NCBI GenBank assembly: GCA_038128265.1
Contig: JAYPJE010000053.1
Coordinates: 1 to 25,570, forward strand
DNA length: 25,570 bases
Reading direction: 5' to 3'
Origin: Gemmatimonadota bacterium
GTDB lineage: Bacteria > Latescibacterota > UBA2968 > UBA8231
A program made the position numbers and the translations under genes. The notes under the pieces were generated by a model that saw nothing but the letters and a program-made list of their open reading frames with translations, ran no database searches and was not told the DNA's origin. Within the stretch, counting starts at the first letter, position 1; the number at the start of each line of letters is the position of its first letter. Positions 1-7,723 of this stretch are shown piece after piece.

Positions 1-178
1 CTGTGATTTTCACTTCCTCCAGGAAGCGCTGATCAGCCCCTCACGGAAATACGTAATCGCCAATCCGCCCCTCGTTGACGGCGCGTGCCTTATCGGTGAT
101 GCGCGCCAACCAGGGAATATCACCAATGACCATGCCGCGCGCGCGCGGCTTGAAATCGAGAACGTCCCAATCGCTCAT
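1..178 (-). CDS. DUF5069-like small protein, probable selenoprotein (in-frame TGA at codon 46); 3' end runs off the window
   Basis: Hand translation from ATG 178 (AGGAG at 194-190): MSDWDVLDFKPRARGMVIGDIPWLARITDKARAVNEGRIGDYVFP-[TGA 43..41]-GADQRFLEEVKIT. This resembles the recalled DUF5069 pattern PR...L.RMIDKARA...G.LGEY.Y.CP.DQ.FL.F. Similarity continues past the TGA (DQRFLE) and the frame stays open to the edge. Confidence 0.75.
4..35 (-). promoter_or_regulatory. Putative bacterial SECIS element
   Basis: The mRNA after UGA reads GGGGC UGAU CAG CGCUUCC UGGA GGAAGUG AAA AUCA. It folds into a lower stem UGAU/AUCA, a 3x3 internal loop, a 7-bp upper stem (one G-U) and a UGGA apical loop. The loop begins 19 nt after the UGA and has G at position 2. 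Confidence 0.7.
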
Positions 179-200
179 AATTGCCTGTGCTCCTCGTGCA

Positions 201-1232
201 TTAATTCAGTGTGAAGAGAGCGCGCACGCGTCGAATATCTCCATCATCGCTCAACGGTTCGCCCAGCGCACGCGCCATAGCCTGCAGCCGTTCGCGCGGG
301 TTCTTCCAGGCGCGTAGCAGCGCGTCATTGGACGCCTCCAGCGGATGCTCAAGCGCACCGCACAGAGCCGCCGCCGCGTTGAGCTGGAAGACAATCTGAT
401 GCCCTTCCAGCGCGCGCACGACGCACGGATCGCCGGCCAACTGACCATAGGAGCAGGCCGTGCGCGCATCCAGTATAGAGCGCATACCGCCGTTGCAGCG
501 CCCGCCGCCCATACTGGTAGTATACTGCACGATGCGGCGTTCCGTCCAGTCCCAGCTCAATTTGGAAAACTCGATAAAAAACGCCGCGCCTGCCGGCGAT
601 ATGACGACGTTGCGCGCGTTGTAATCGCTGGAGCCCAACACGGGCGGGCGCCGCGCCAGTTCGGCGCAGAGTGCGCCAATCAAATCGAGGGCCGCTCTGC
701 TCAACGGCGGGCGCTGCAGATGACGCTGCAGTGCCTCGGCTCCCCAAAGCGCCCGCTCGCTGGCCCACTGCCAAGCGGCGAGCAAATCCGGCCGGCTGCC
801 GCCCGGCGCAACGCGCTGCGACCACCCCTTATCGCGCTTGAGCGCACCATCAATAGCCAATGCGTTGCGCAGTGCAGCACGCGCCAACTCAGCGTGGTTG
901 CCGCTCTGCTCCTGCACCAGATCGTCTAGCGTAGTGCCCCCCACCCATTCGTAGAAAGCGATACAGGCCGTCTGATCGAGCGCCACCATGGCCGGCACGC
1001 GGCAGCCGGCTTCGACCAGTGCGCGCAGCACGTCGCGCTCGACCTCCAATACGTCGTATGCTCTGCCGCGCGTGAGGGGTGCAAAAATGTGGTATTTAGC
1101 AACATACTTTTTGCCGTCGACGCACAGGCACCACACGCCCGATCCCATCTTTTCAATGTGCCCAACGGGGCCACCCAGCAATTCGGGGACGCGATGCCTC
1201 AGATAGGCATCCACCTCCCCATAGGCGTCCAC
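201..1232 (-). CDS. APH/choline-kinase-like (protein-kinase fold) phosphotransferase with atypical motifs
   Basis: Shows a Gly-loop-like MGSGVW, YVAKY Lys, helix-C-like Glu (EVERDVL), a hinge FYEWVGG and a catalytic-loop-like SSDYNARNV. FIEFS sits in place of the usual IDF/IDW. The GTG start overlaps the upstream TAG. Confidence 0.6.
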   Translation of the reverse strand: MDAYGEVDAYLRHRVPELLGGPVGHIEKMGSGVWCLCVDGKKYVAKYHIFAPLTRGRAYDVLEVERDVLRALVEAGCRVPAMVALDQTACIAFYEWVGGTTLDDLVQEQSGNHAELARAALRNALAIDGALKRDKGWSQRVAPGGSRPDLLAAWQWASERALWGAEALQRHLQRPPLSRAALDLIGALCAELARRPPVLGSSDYNARNVVISPAGAAFFIEFSKLSWDWTERRIVQYTTSMGGGRCNGGMRSILDARTACSYGQLAGDPCVVRALEGHQIVFQLNAAAALCGALEHPLEASNDALLRAWKNPRERLQAMARALGEPLSDDGDIRRVRALFTLN

Positions 1233-1612
1233 TAGGCGTCCTCGGCCTCAAAGACAATGACCTGTGCAACGAGTTTGCCCGCCTGATTATTGCGCTCGGG
1301 ATGCTCGTTCATCGCAAAGAAAATAACGCCTTCCTCTCTGCAGATAAAATCGCATCGCGCACCGATGGCAAAGGCTTCGCCATTGCCTATGCGCGCGATG
1401 AGTGCACCGACGTTCGCACCCGGCATGCGATAGCCCTCACCGGCGGGAAAGCGATAGAGTCCATCCGCGCCGCACCAGGCAATTTGGTCGCGCATGTCGG
1501 GCGACCACGTTTCTTCGGCATCGACTACGATCCGCTGCCCTTGCTTCACGCGGATCAGCGAGTCCTGCCATTGCGGACTCGGGCGTATTGTGCGCATAAT
1601 AGTGACGGCCAT
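1232..1612 (-). CDS. PA-IL/LecA-like beta-sandwich protein, 126 aa, no signal peptide
   Basis: The real start is ATG 1612, with AGGAG 5 nt upstream. WQDSLIRVKQGQRI, WS, GALIARIG..F.IG, G.IFFAMNE and NQAGKL follow the PA-IL-like pattern. The upstream part of track ORF 1232..2344 is an antisense shadow of the M42 gene. Confidence 0.6.
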   Translation of the reverse strand: MAVTIMRTIRPSPQWQDSLIRVKQGQRIVVDAEETWSPDMRDQIAWCGADGLYRFPAGEGYRMPGANVGALIARIGNGEAFAIGARCDFICREEGVIFFAMNEHPERNNQAGKLVAQVIVFEAEDA

Positions 1613-1661
1613 ACAATCTCCTAAGTGTACACGCGTTGTGCTGCGATCGCAGGGACAGTGA

Positions 1662-1690
1662 TAATTAAAAGACGCCCTCACCCATGTCAA
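1662..1690 (-). promoter_or_regulatory. Possible sigma70 promoter for the lectin-kinase-DUF5069 unit
   Basis: Perfect TTGACA (1690-1685), a 17-nt spacer, then an imperfect -10 TAATTA (1667-1662) in an AT-rich patch. Confidence 0.4.
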
Positions 1691-1745
1691 CAAATGCGTG
1701 AACGCTCCGTCCCATCTGCTCCGTGCGCAACGAGGTAAAATGCCG

Positions 1746-2822
1746 ATGAACACATTGGAAACAGACGTAGAGCTGCTGCGCGCCCTGCTGCACATTCCCT
1801 GTCCTTCGGGACGCGAAGAGCGCATGGCCGATTTTATCTGCGCATATATCGACCAGATCGGATTTACCCCCCACAGGGACGCACAGGGCAATGCGTGGAC
1901 CCTCGTGCCGGGACGCGATGCCGAAGCAGGCCCCGTCGCCCTAGCCAGCCATATGGACGAGATTGCCATGGTCGTGCACGCCATCGAAGCCGACGGCACG
2001 CTGCGCGTGCAGCGCAGCGGCGGGCTGCACCCCTGGAAGCTGGGCGAATGCCCCGTCGTACTGGTAGGCGACGGCGACAGCTTGGTCCCGGCCCACCTCA
2101 GCTTTGGGTCCGGCCACACCAACGACCCCGACGATCCCATCGCCCAATTTGCCAGCGGCGCGCGCGGCCTGCAGTGGTCGCACTGCCATCTAATCACCGG
2201 CCTAACGCCCGAACAGCTGCGCGCGCGCGGCGTGCGCGTGGGCACCTGCGCCGTGCCCGACAGCGCGGTGCGCGGACCCCACTTGCTCGGCCCGGCAGAA
2301 GACCCGCTGGTATCAGCGTGGATTCTCGACAATCGCGGCGGCACGCTAACGCTACTGCGCCTGCTCGAAAAAATACAGCGCAGCGGCCTGCAGCCCGCGC
2401 GTCCCCTCTACCTGTGCTTTATGGTGCAAGAAGAAGGCGGCCTGCTCGGCGCCAAGGGTTGGGCACACCGCAATGCGGTTGAAACCTTTATCGCCGTCGA
2501 TTCCTCGCCCATTCCGCGCGGCGCTCAACTGGCGCTGGACGGCCGTCCTGCCACCTGGTCCAAAGACTCGGGCGCCCACTTTCACCAGGGCCTAATCGGC
2601 GAGCTGGCCAGCGCTACCGAACGGGCTGGGAGCGAACTCCAATACGCCGTCTACGGCGCCGCCGCCTCGGACGCAACCGGCGTGCTGCAGGCCGGCCTGG
2701 CGCCGCGCGCGGCCACCATCGGCTATCCGCGCGCCAACTCGCACGGCTACGAAGTGTGCCGCCTGAGCGTATTCGGCCACCTCGTCAACGCGCTCTTTGC
2801 CTACGTAGAAGACCTGGCGTGA
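1746..2822 (+). CDS. M42 family dinuclear metallo-aminopeptidase
   Basis: Motifs PSGREE, SHMDE, LDNRGG, QEEGG, AVDS and NSHGYE give a full H/D/EE/D/H ligand set. GAGGT at 1732-1736 favours ATG 1746 (or 1740). Confidence 0.85.
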   Translation: MNTLETDVELLRALLHIPCPSGREERMADFICAYIDQIGFTPHRDAQGNAWTLVPGRDAEAGPVALASHMDEIAMVVHAIEADGTLRVQRSGGLHPWKLGECPVVLVGDGDSLVPAHLSFGSGHTNDPDDPIAQFASGARGLQWSHCHLITGLTPEQLRARGVRVGTCAVPDSAVRGPHLLGPAEDPLVSAWILDNRGGTLTLLRLLEKIQRSGLQPARPLYLCFMVQEEGGLLGAKGWAHRNAVETFIAVDSSPIPRGAQLALDGRPATWSKDSGAHFHQGLIGELASATERAGSELQYAVYGAAASDATGVLQAGLAPRAATIGYPRANSHGYEVCRLSVFGHLVNALFAYVEDLA

Positions 2823-4186
2823 CCAGCGGCGCGCTCGACCAGCGGCGCATTGCCCTACTCGGATTCGGCGTAGAAAATCGCGCGCTGGGCCACTTTCTCC
2901 TCGCGCGCGATATCCCTTTCTCCGTGTGCGATGCGCACCCACCGACCGAGGATGTGCTGGCCGAGTGGCCACAGGTGCAGCGCTGGCACACCGGTCCCTC
3001 CTACCTAGACGAGCTATCGCACTACGACCTGCTCTTCCGCACGCCCGGCCTCAGCGCGCTGCATCCGCGCTTGCTCCAGGCCACGGCGCGCGGAGCCGAC
3101 GTCTCGAGTCAGATGCAGCTATTCTTCTCCTGCTGTCCCAGCACCCTGCTCGGCGTGACGGGCACTAAGGGCAAGGGCACGACGACGACGCTCCTGGCCG
3201 CGCTGCTCGGTGCAGACCCGGCGCAGCGCGTTTTCGTCGGCGGCAATATCGGTCAACCGCCTATCGCGTTCCTAGACCAACTGGGACAGGGCGACCTGGT
3301 GCTGCTCGAGCTGTCCAGTTTTCAGCTGCAGGATCTGACGCAGAGCCCACACCTAGCGCTAGTGCTTTCGGTGACGCAGGACCACCTCGACTACCACGCC
3401 CACCGCGATGAGTACGTCGATGCCAAGCGCAATATCGCCCGCTACCAGCAGCCGACCGACCTGCTGATCACGCACGCCGACTGCCCCACCGCGCGCACTT
3501 TCGCCGACTGTTCCCCCGCGCGCCACTGGTCTTTTAGCAGCCGCGCGCCCGTAGAGAGCGGCGCGTGGATTGCAGACGACCGCCTGTGCGTGCGCCTGCC
3601 CGGCCAGCCGAGCGTCGAAATCTGCCACACCCATGCGCTGCGCCTGCCCGGTCGGCACAACGCGGAAAACGCCTGCGCGGCCATCGCTGCAGCTGCAGCC
3701 CTCGGCGTGGAACCGGCGTCCATGCAGGAGCCGTTAGCCGATTTTCGCGGCCTTCCGCACCGCCTCGAATACCTAGGTGAGCGAGCGGGTATCGCCTACT
3801 ATAACGACTCGCTAGGGACTACGCCCGACGCGGCCATCGCCGCGCTGCGCGCGCTCGAACAACCGGTCGCACTCATAGCCGGCGGCGCCGGCAAGGGCGC
3901 CGACTTTGCCGAGTTGGGTCGAGCGATAGCCGCAGCCGCTATGCGGGGCGTACTGTTGTTGGGAGAAGAGGCCCTGCGCCTAGAAAGGGCACTCGCCGCA
4001 GCCGGCTATGCGGGGCCGCTGCGGCACTGCACCAGCATGGAAGAAGCAGTGGAATGGGCGCGTATGTGGACGCGCGACGGCGATGCCGTGCTGCTGTCAC
4101 CCGCCTGCGCCAGCTTTGATATGTTCGTCGACTACCGCCAACGCGGCGAGTGCTTTAGAGAGGCCTGCGGCTTTGCCACTTCCTAG
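2819..4186 (+). CDS. murD: UDP-N-acetylmuramoyl-L-alanine--D-glutamate ligase
   Basis: Motifs GVTGTKGKGTTT, GGNIG, ELSSFQL, DHLDYH, GLPHRLE, NDSLGTT, GGAGKG and LLSPACASFDMF..Y..RG. The GTG start overlaps the M42 stop (GTGA). Confidence 0.93.
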   Translation: MTSGALDQRRIALLGFGVENRALGHFLLARDIPFSVCDAHPPTEDVLAEWPQVQRWHTGPSYLDELSHYDLLFRTPGLSALHPRLLQATARGADVSSQMQLFFSCCPSTLLGVTGTKGKGTTTTLLAALLGADPAQRVFVGGNIGQPPIAFLDQLGQGDLVLLELSSFQLQDLTQSPHLALVLSVTQDHLDYHAHRDEYVDAKRNIARYQQPTDLLITHADCPTARTFADCSPARHWSFSSRAPVESGAWIADDRLCVRLPGQPSVEICHTHALRLPGRHNAENACAAIAAAAALGVEPASMQEPLADFRGLPHRLEYLGERAGIAYYNDSLGTTPDAAIAALRALEQPVALIAGGAGKGADFAELGRAIAAAAMRGVLLLGEEALRLERALAAAGYAGPLRHCTSMEEAVEWARMWTRDGDAVLLSPACASFDMFVDYRQRGECFREACGFATS

Positions 4187-4196
4187 CGCATCTGCG

Positions 4197-4961
4197 CTAG
4201 ATGTTGTAGTGTAGCCCGCACTCTTTCTTATCGTCTACGTCGTCCAGCTGATTAAACCAGCGCCAGCGCCCGGCGCGCTTGTCCTCGCCCGGACGCACAG
4301 GCGTTGCGCAGATAATGCATCCAAAGGAAGGGTATCCCTGCGCGTAGAGCGGATGCGTTGGCACGTCGTTGTCGCGCATGTACGCCTCTAGGCGCTCTTC
4401 GCTCCAATCAACCAGCGGATTGAGCTTGAGTATTTTGCGCTGCGTGCCGTACTCGCCGATTATTTCGGCTTTTTTGGCCGTGTCCTTGCGGTGCGCCGAC
4501 TGGTCCCAGCGCTGACCAGAAATCCAGCAATCAGCCGTCTTGAGCATTTCGTTGCGCGGTTTGGTCTTGCGCACGTCACAGCAGTGTTCCTGCTTTTCTT
4601 TCGAGTCAAAGAACAGATATTCGCCAAATCGATCTACCATGCGGCGCAGATGCTCCTCGCGGGGTTGCCACACTTCGATCTGGCACCCGTAGCGCTCCCC
4701 AACCAACTCCATAAACGCATAGGTTTCGGGATGCAGGCGCAGGGTGTCGAACGTCGCTAGCCGCAGATCGATCCCGCCACTGACGACCATGTGTAGCATC
4801 GCCATGCCCGTGTTCTGAAAGCTGGTCGCCAACACCGCGCGCGCGGGAAAGTTCGCGCTGGCCCAACACAGCGCATCTACGGCCTCCATGCCGTCCCAAT
4901 CAACGCGGTCGAGGCAATTTTTCAGGCGCCCGTTGTGTTCTTCCAAATTCTTGTTTTTCAA
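4197..4961 (-). CDS. cysH: Assimilatory APS reductase (CysH family, Fe-S type)
   Basis: Motifs FDTLRLHPETY, HCCDVRK, WISGQRWDQS, KLNPLVDW, GYPSFGCIIC, RAGRW and C-terminal KECGLH. The CC and CxxC pairs indicate the [4Fe-4S] APS type. The start is uncertain (TTG 4961 chosen). Confidence 0.88.
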   Translation of the reverse strand: MKNKNLEEHNGRLKNCLDRVDWDGMEAVDALCWASANFPARAVLATSFQNTGMAMLHMVVSGGIDLRLATFDTLRLHPETYAFMELVGERYGCQIEVWQPREEHLRRMVDRFGEYLFFDSKEKQEHCCDVRKTKPRNEMLKTADCWISGQRWDQSAHRKDTAKKAEIIGEYGTQRKILKLNPLVDWSEERLEAYMRDNDVPTHPLYAQGYPSFGCIICATPVRPGEDKRAGRWRWFNQLDDVDDKKECGLHYNI

Positions 4962-5035
4962 ATTTTTACCCGCCCTATTGGCCACCGCCTTTGCACTGGT
5001 AGACGGCCGGCCGTAGCACATATTGAACAAAGCAT

Positions 5036-5064
5036 ATAATATATGAGTAGATACTCCTTTGCAA
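5036..5064 (-). promoter_or_regulatory. Sigma70-type promoter for cysH
   Basis: TTGCAA (5064-5059), N17, TATTAT (5041-5036). It overlaps a + strand TATAAT at 5035-5040. Confidence 0.55.
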
Positions 5065-5075
5065 AGATGAGCGGC

Positions 5076-5441
5076 ATGCAATCCTCGATGGACCCATACG
5101 TGTTATTCTGGGATGGCGACTGTGCGTTTTGCAGTCGCTGCACTGCCTGGGCACTGGCGCGCAGCGGACCGTCTATACGCGCCGTTCCCTATCAGCAGGC
5201 CACTGATCCACCGATGGATGACGCGCTGCGCCGCGCCTGCCGAAGCGCCGTGCATCTGCAGCTGCCCGACGGCCGTATGGAACGGGCGGGGCGCGCCTGT
5301 CTGACTGTTCTATACCTGGTCGGCTATCGACGCACGGCGTCTGTGCTGCGCCTCCCCCCTCTGGTCTGGTGTGTTGAGATAGGCTATTGGGTGGTGGCGC
5401 GCCAGCGCGCGTTTTTTTCTCGTTTTCTCTTTCGTACCTAA
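5076..5441 (+). CDS. DCC family (DUF393) thiol-disulfide oxidoreductase
   Basis: LFWDGDCAFC is the DxxCxxC motif, and GY..VARQR appears near the C-terminus. The start is ambiguous (5067, 5076 or 5088). Confidence 0.85.
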   Translation: MQSSMDPYVLFWDGDCAFCSRCTAWALARSGPSIRAVPYQQATDPPMDDALRRACRSAVHLQLPDGRMERAGRACLTVLYLVGYRRTASVLRLPPLVWCVEIGYWVVARQRAFFSRFLFRT

Positions 5442-5480
5442 CGCACAAAGATCTCTAACAGCCACTCGACGACGCGCATA

Positions 5481-7721
5481 ATGAGCGAAATAGAGCCCTT
5501 AATAGAACCCGCCAGCGCTCACGTAGAAGCGGCTATCGACGCGATCCTCGATGGGGACGAAACGCTCCTCGTACGCGCGGCATGCGACATGGACGCCAGC
5601 GGACGCTTTGTGCGCCGATGGATCGCCCTTACACCCCGGCGCGTTCTTATCGCTTCGGACGATTGGGAAGATATTCAGTCCGTGCTCCTAACCGACATAA
5701 GCGACAGTCGCACCGAAACGCTCGTTGGCGGCGGTCGCCTGGAAATCGAACGCGTCCGTGCGCCGACAATTTACATCTACTACAGCCGATCGCAGTCAGA
5801 TAAATTTTCGGAAGTAGCGCGCGGCCTAGAACAACTGCGCAAAGGGGATGCCTTCCTAATAAAGGGGATGCTCGACCGGCTGCGCTGCCCGCAGTGTGCG
5901 CGCCTATTGCCAGAAAAAAATGGCCTCTGCCCGGCCTGTATCAAAAAGGGCGAGACCCTCAAGCGCATTGCGCACTACCTAACACCCTACAAGGGCAAGG
6001 CCCTGCTACTGGCGCTGTCATCAGCGGCCATGACGATGGCAGAATTGGCGCCTCCACTCGTGACTAAGCACATCGTCGATGACGTTCTGGTGCCGGCCAC
6101 CGGCAGCGCGGCAAGCAACGATGAGCGCCTGTCGCTGCTGGGCTGGCTAGTGCTAACCCTAGTTGGCCTACGCGTGCTGAGCTGGGGTGCCGAATGGGTG
6201 CACGGCTGGATCATGTCATGGCTCGGCGCACAGGTAACGGCCGACATCCGCTCGCAGCTCTACCAGCGGCTGGAGATGCTGTCGCTGCAGTTTTACGACA
6301 AGCGCAAAGTCGGTGCGCTGATTTCGCGCGCTACGCGAGATGCCGGCATGCTACAGGAGTTTCTCGTCGACGGGCTACCCTATCTCATCATTAACGGCCT
6401 CATGGTGCTGGGTATCTTCGCCTTCCTGCTGTGGATGAGCCCGACCCTGAGTCTCTATATCATGCTGCCGGTGCCGGTGCTCATGATTTGGGGCATCGTA
6501 TTCTGGAAGCGCATGCGCGGCTATTTCAACCAGTGGGGACAGGTTTGGTCTAACCTAACCGACCGCACGGTCGAAGCCCTGACCGGCATTCGCGTCGTAA
6601 AAGCCTTTGCCCAGGAAAAGCGCGAGATGGAGGCGTTTGCCAAACACAACCATCGCCTGCGCGAAGTAGCGGTTCGCACGGCGCTCAACCGAGGCATTTT
6701 CTTTGCGACCATCACCTTTCTGACCGGTCTGGGCATGCTCATGGTCTGGCTCTTTGGCGGCCAGCAAGTCCTCGAAAATGAAATAACCCTCGGCACGCTG
6801 CTGGCCTTCTACTCGTACATGTGGCTATTCTACGGCCCCCTAGAGTGGTTTGGCCAAGTCAACGATTGGATGACGCGCGCCTTTGCCGGAGCCGAGCGCA
6901 TCTTTGAAGTAATCGACACCGATCCGGAGGCCTACGAGAATCCACACGCTGTGCGCATGCCGCGCATGGAGGGTGGCATACGCTTTCGCGACGTGCGCTT
7001 TGGCTACGATAAGAGCAAGCCCGTCCTAAAGGGCATTGACTTAGAGCTTAAACCCGGTGAAATGGTAGGGCTAGTCGGGCGCTCTGGCGTGGGCAAAACG
7101 ACCGCTATCAACCTCATCGCTCGGTTCTACGACGCCGATCACGGCTCGATTGAAATTGACGGCGTCGATATTCGCCGCATCCACCTGCGCGACCTGCGTT
7201 CGCAGATTGGCATCGTACTGCAAGAGCCCGTGCTCTTTTCTGGTACCATAGCCGATAATATTGGCTACGGCAAACCGGGCGCTACGTTTGCAGAAATAAT
7301 GGACGCGGCGCGCGCGGCCAACGCACACGACTTTATCATCAACAAAGCGGACGGGTACGAAACGCAGGTCGGCGAAAAGGGCGCCGGGCTGTCCGGCGGC
7401 GAACGTCAGCGCGTATCCATTGCACGCGCCATTTTACACGATCCACGCATTCTCATACTCGACGAGGCGACCGCTTCGGTTGACGTGCAGACGGAAAAAC
7501 AGATCCAAGAGGCCATGGGACGTCTCGCCAGGGGGCGCACGACCATTTCTATCGCGCACCGCCTTTCCACGCTGCGCGAAGCCGACCGCCTTATCGTGTT
7601 GGACGAGGGCCGCATCGTCGAGCAAGGCAGCCACGCCGAACTCATGCAACGGCGCGGTGCGTTTTACGATCTGGTACAGCTGCAGCAGGCCGTGTCACAG
7701 ATCATCGCCATCGGAGAATAG
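5481..7721 (+). CDS. ABC exporter-fold half-transporter (TMD+NBD) with N-terminal soluble domain and Cys4 Zn-ribbon
   Basis: About 160 aa N-terminal extension ending in CPQC-x10-CPAC, then hydrophobic TM segments, GRSGVGKT, LSGGERQR, ILILDEAT and IAHRLST. Confidence 0.92.
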   Translation: MSEIEPLIEPASAHVEAAIDAILDGDETLLVRAACDMDASGRFVRRWIALTPRRVLIASDDWEDIQSVLLTDISDSRTETLVGGGRLEIERVRAPTIYIYYSRSQSDKFSEVARGLEQLRKGDAFLIKGMLDRLRCPQCARLLPEKNGLCPACIKKGETLKRIAHYLTPYKGKALLLALSSAAMTMAELAPPLVTKHIVDDVLVPATGSAASNDERLSLLGWLVLTLVGLRVLSWGAEWVHGWIMSWLGAQVTADIRSQLYQRLEMLSLQFYDKRKVGALISRATRDAGMLQEFLVDGLPYLIINGLMVLGIFAFLLWMSPTLSLYIMLPVPVLMIWGIVFWKRMRGYFNQWGQVWSNLTDRTVEALTGIRVVKAFAQEKREMEAFAKHNHRLREVAVRTALNRGIFFATITFLTGLGMLMVWLFGGQQVLENEITLGTLLAFYSYMWLFYGPLEWFGQVNDWMTRAFAGAERIFEVIDTDPEAYENPHAVRMPRMEGGIRFRDVRFGYDKSKPVLKGIDLELKPGEMVGLVGRSGVGKTTAINLIARFYDADHGSIEIDGVDIRRIHLRDLRSQIGIVLQEPVLFSGTIADNIGYGKPGATFAEIMDAARAANAHDFIINKADGYETQVGEKGAGLSGGERQRVSIARAILHDPRILILDEATASVDVQTEKQIQEAMGRLARGRTTISIAHRLSTLREADRLIVLDEGRIVEQGSHAELMQRRGAFYDLVQLQQAVSQIIAIGE

Positions 7722-7723
7722 TC

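Noticed and set aside
41..43. Genome-wide UGA reassignment (Trp or Gly codes) as the explanation for the in-frame TGA
   Set aside because: Nine full-length genes end in TGA, several overlapping the next start, and no other gene is interrupted.
1613..2344. N-terminal two-thirds of the 370-aa track ORF 1232..2344
   Set aside because: It is antisense to the M42 peptidase. A strong SD supports ATG 1612 as the true start.
2819..4186. MurD2 (L-Glu-adding) alternative pathway, suggested by GTKGK and the orphan location
   Set aside because: It keeps the canonical D-Glu-type GGxGK and SPACASFD motifs, and no murL epimerase is adjacent.
4962..5081. N-terminal extension of cysH in the ORF track
   Set aside because: It runs across the divergent promoter region and the DCC start, and shows no family-like sequence.
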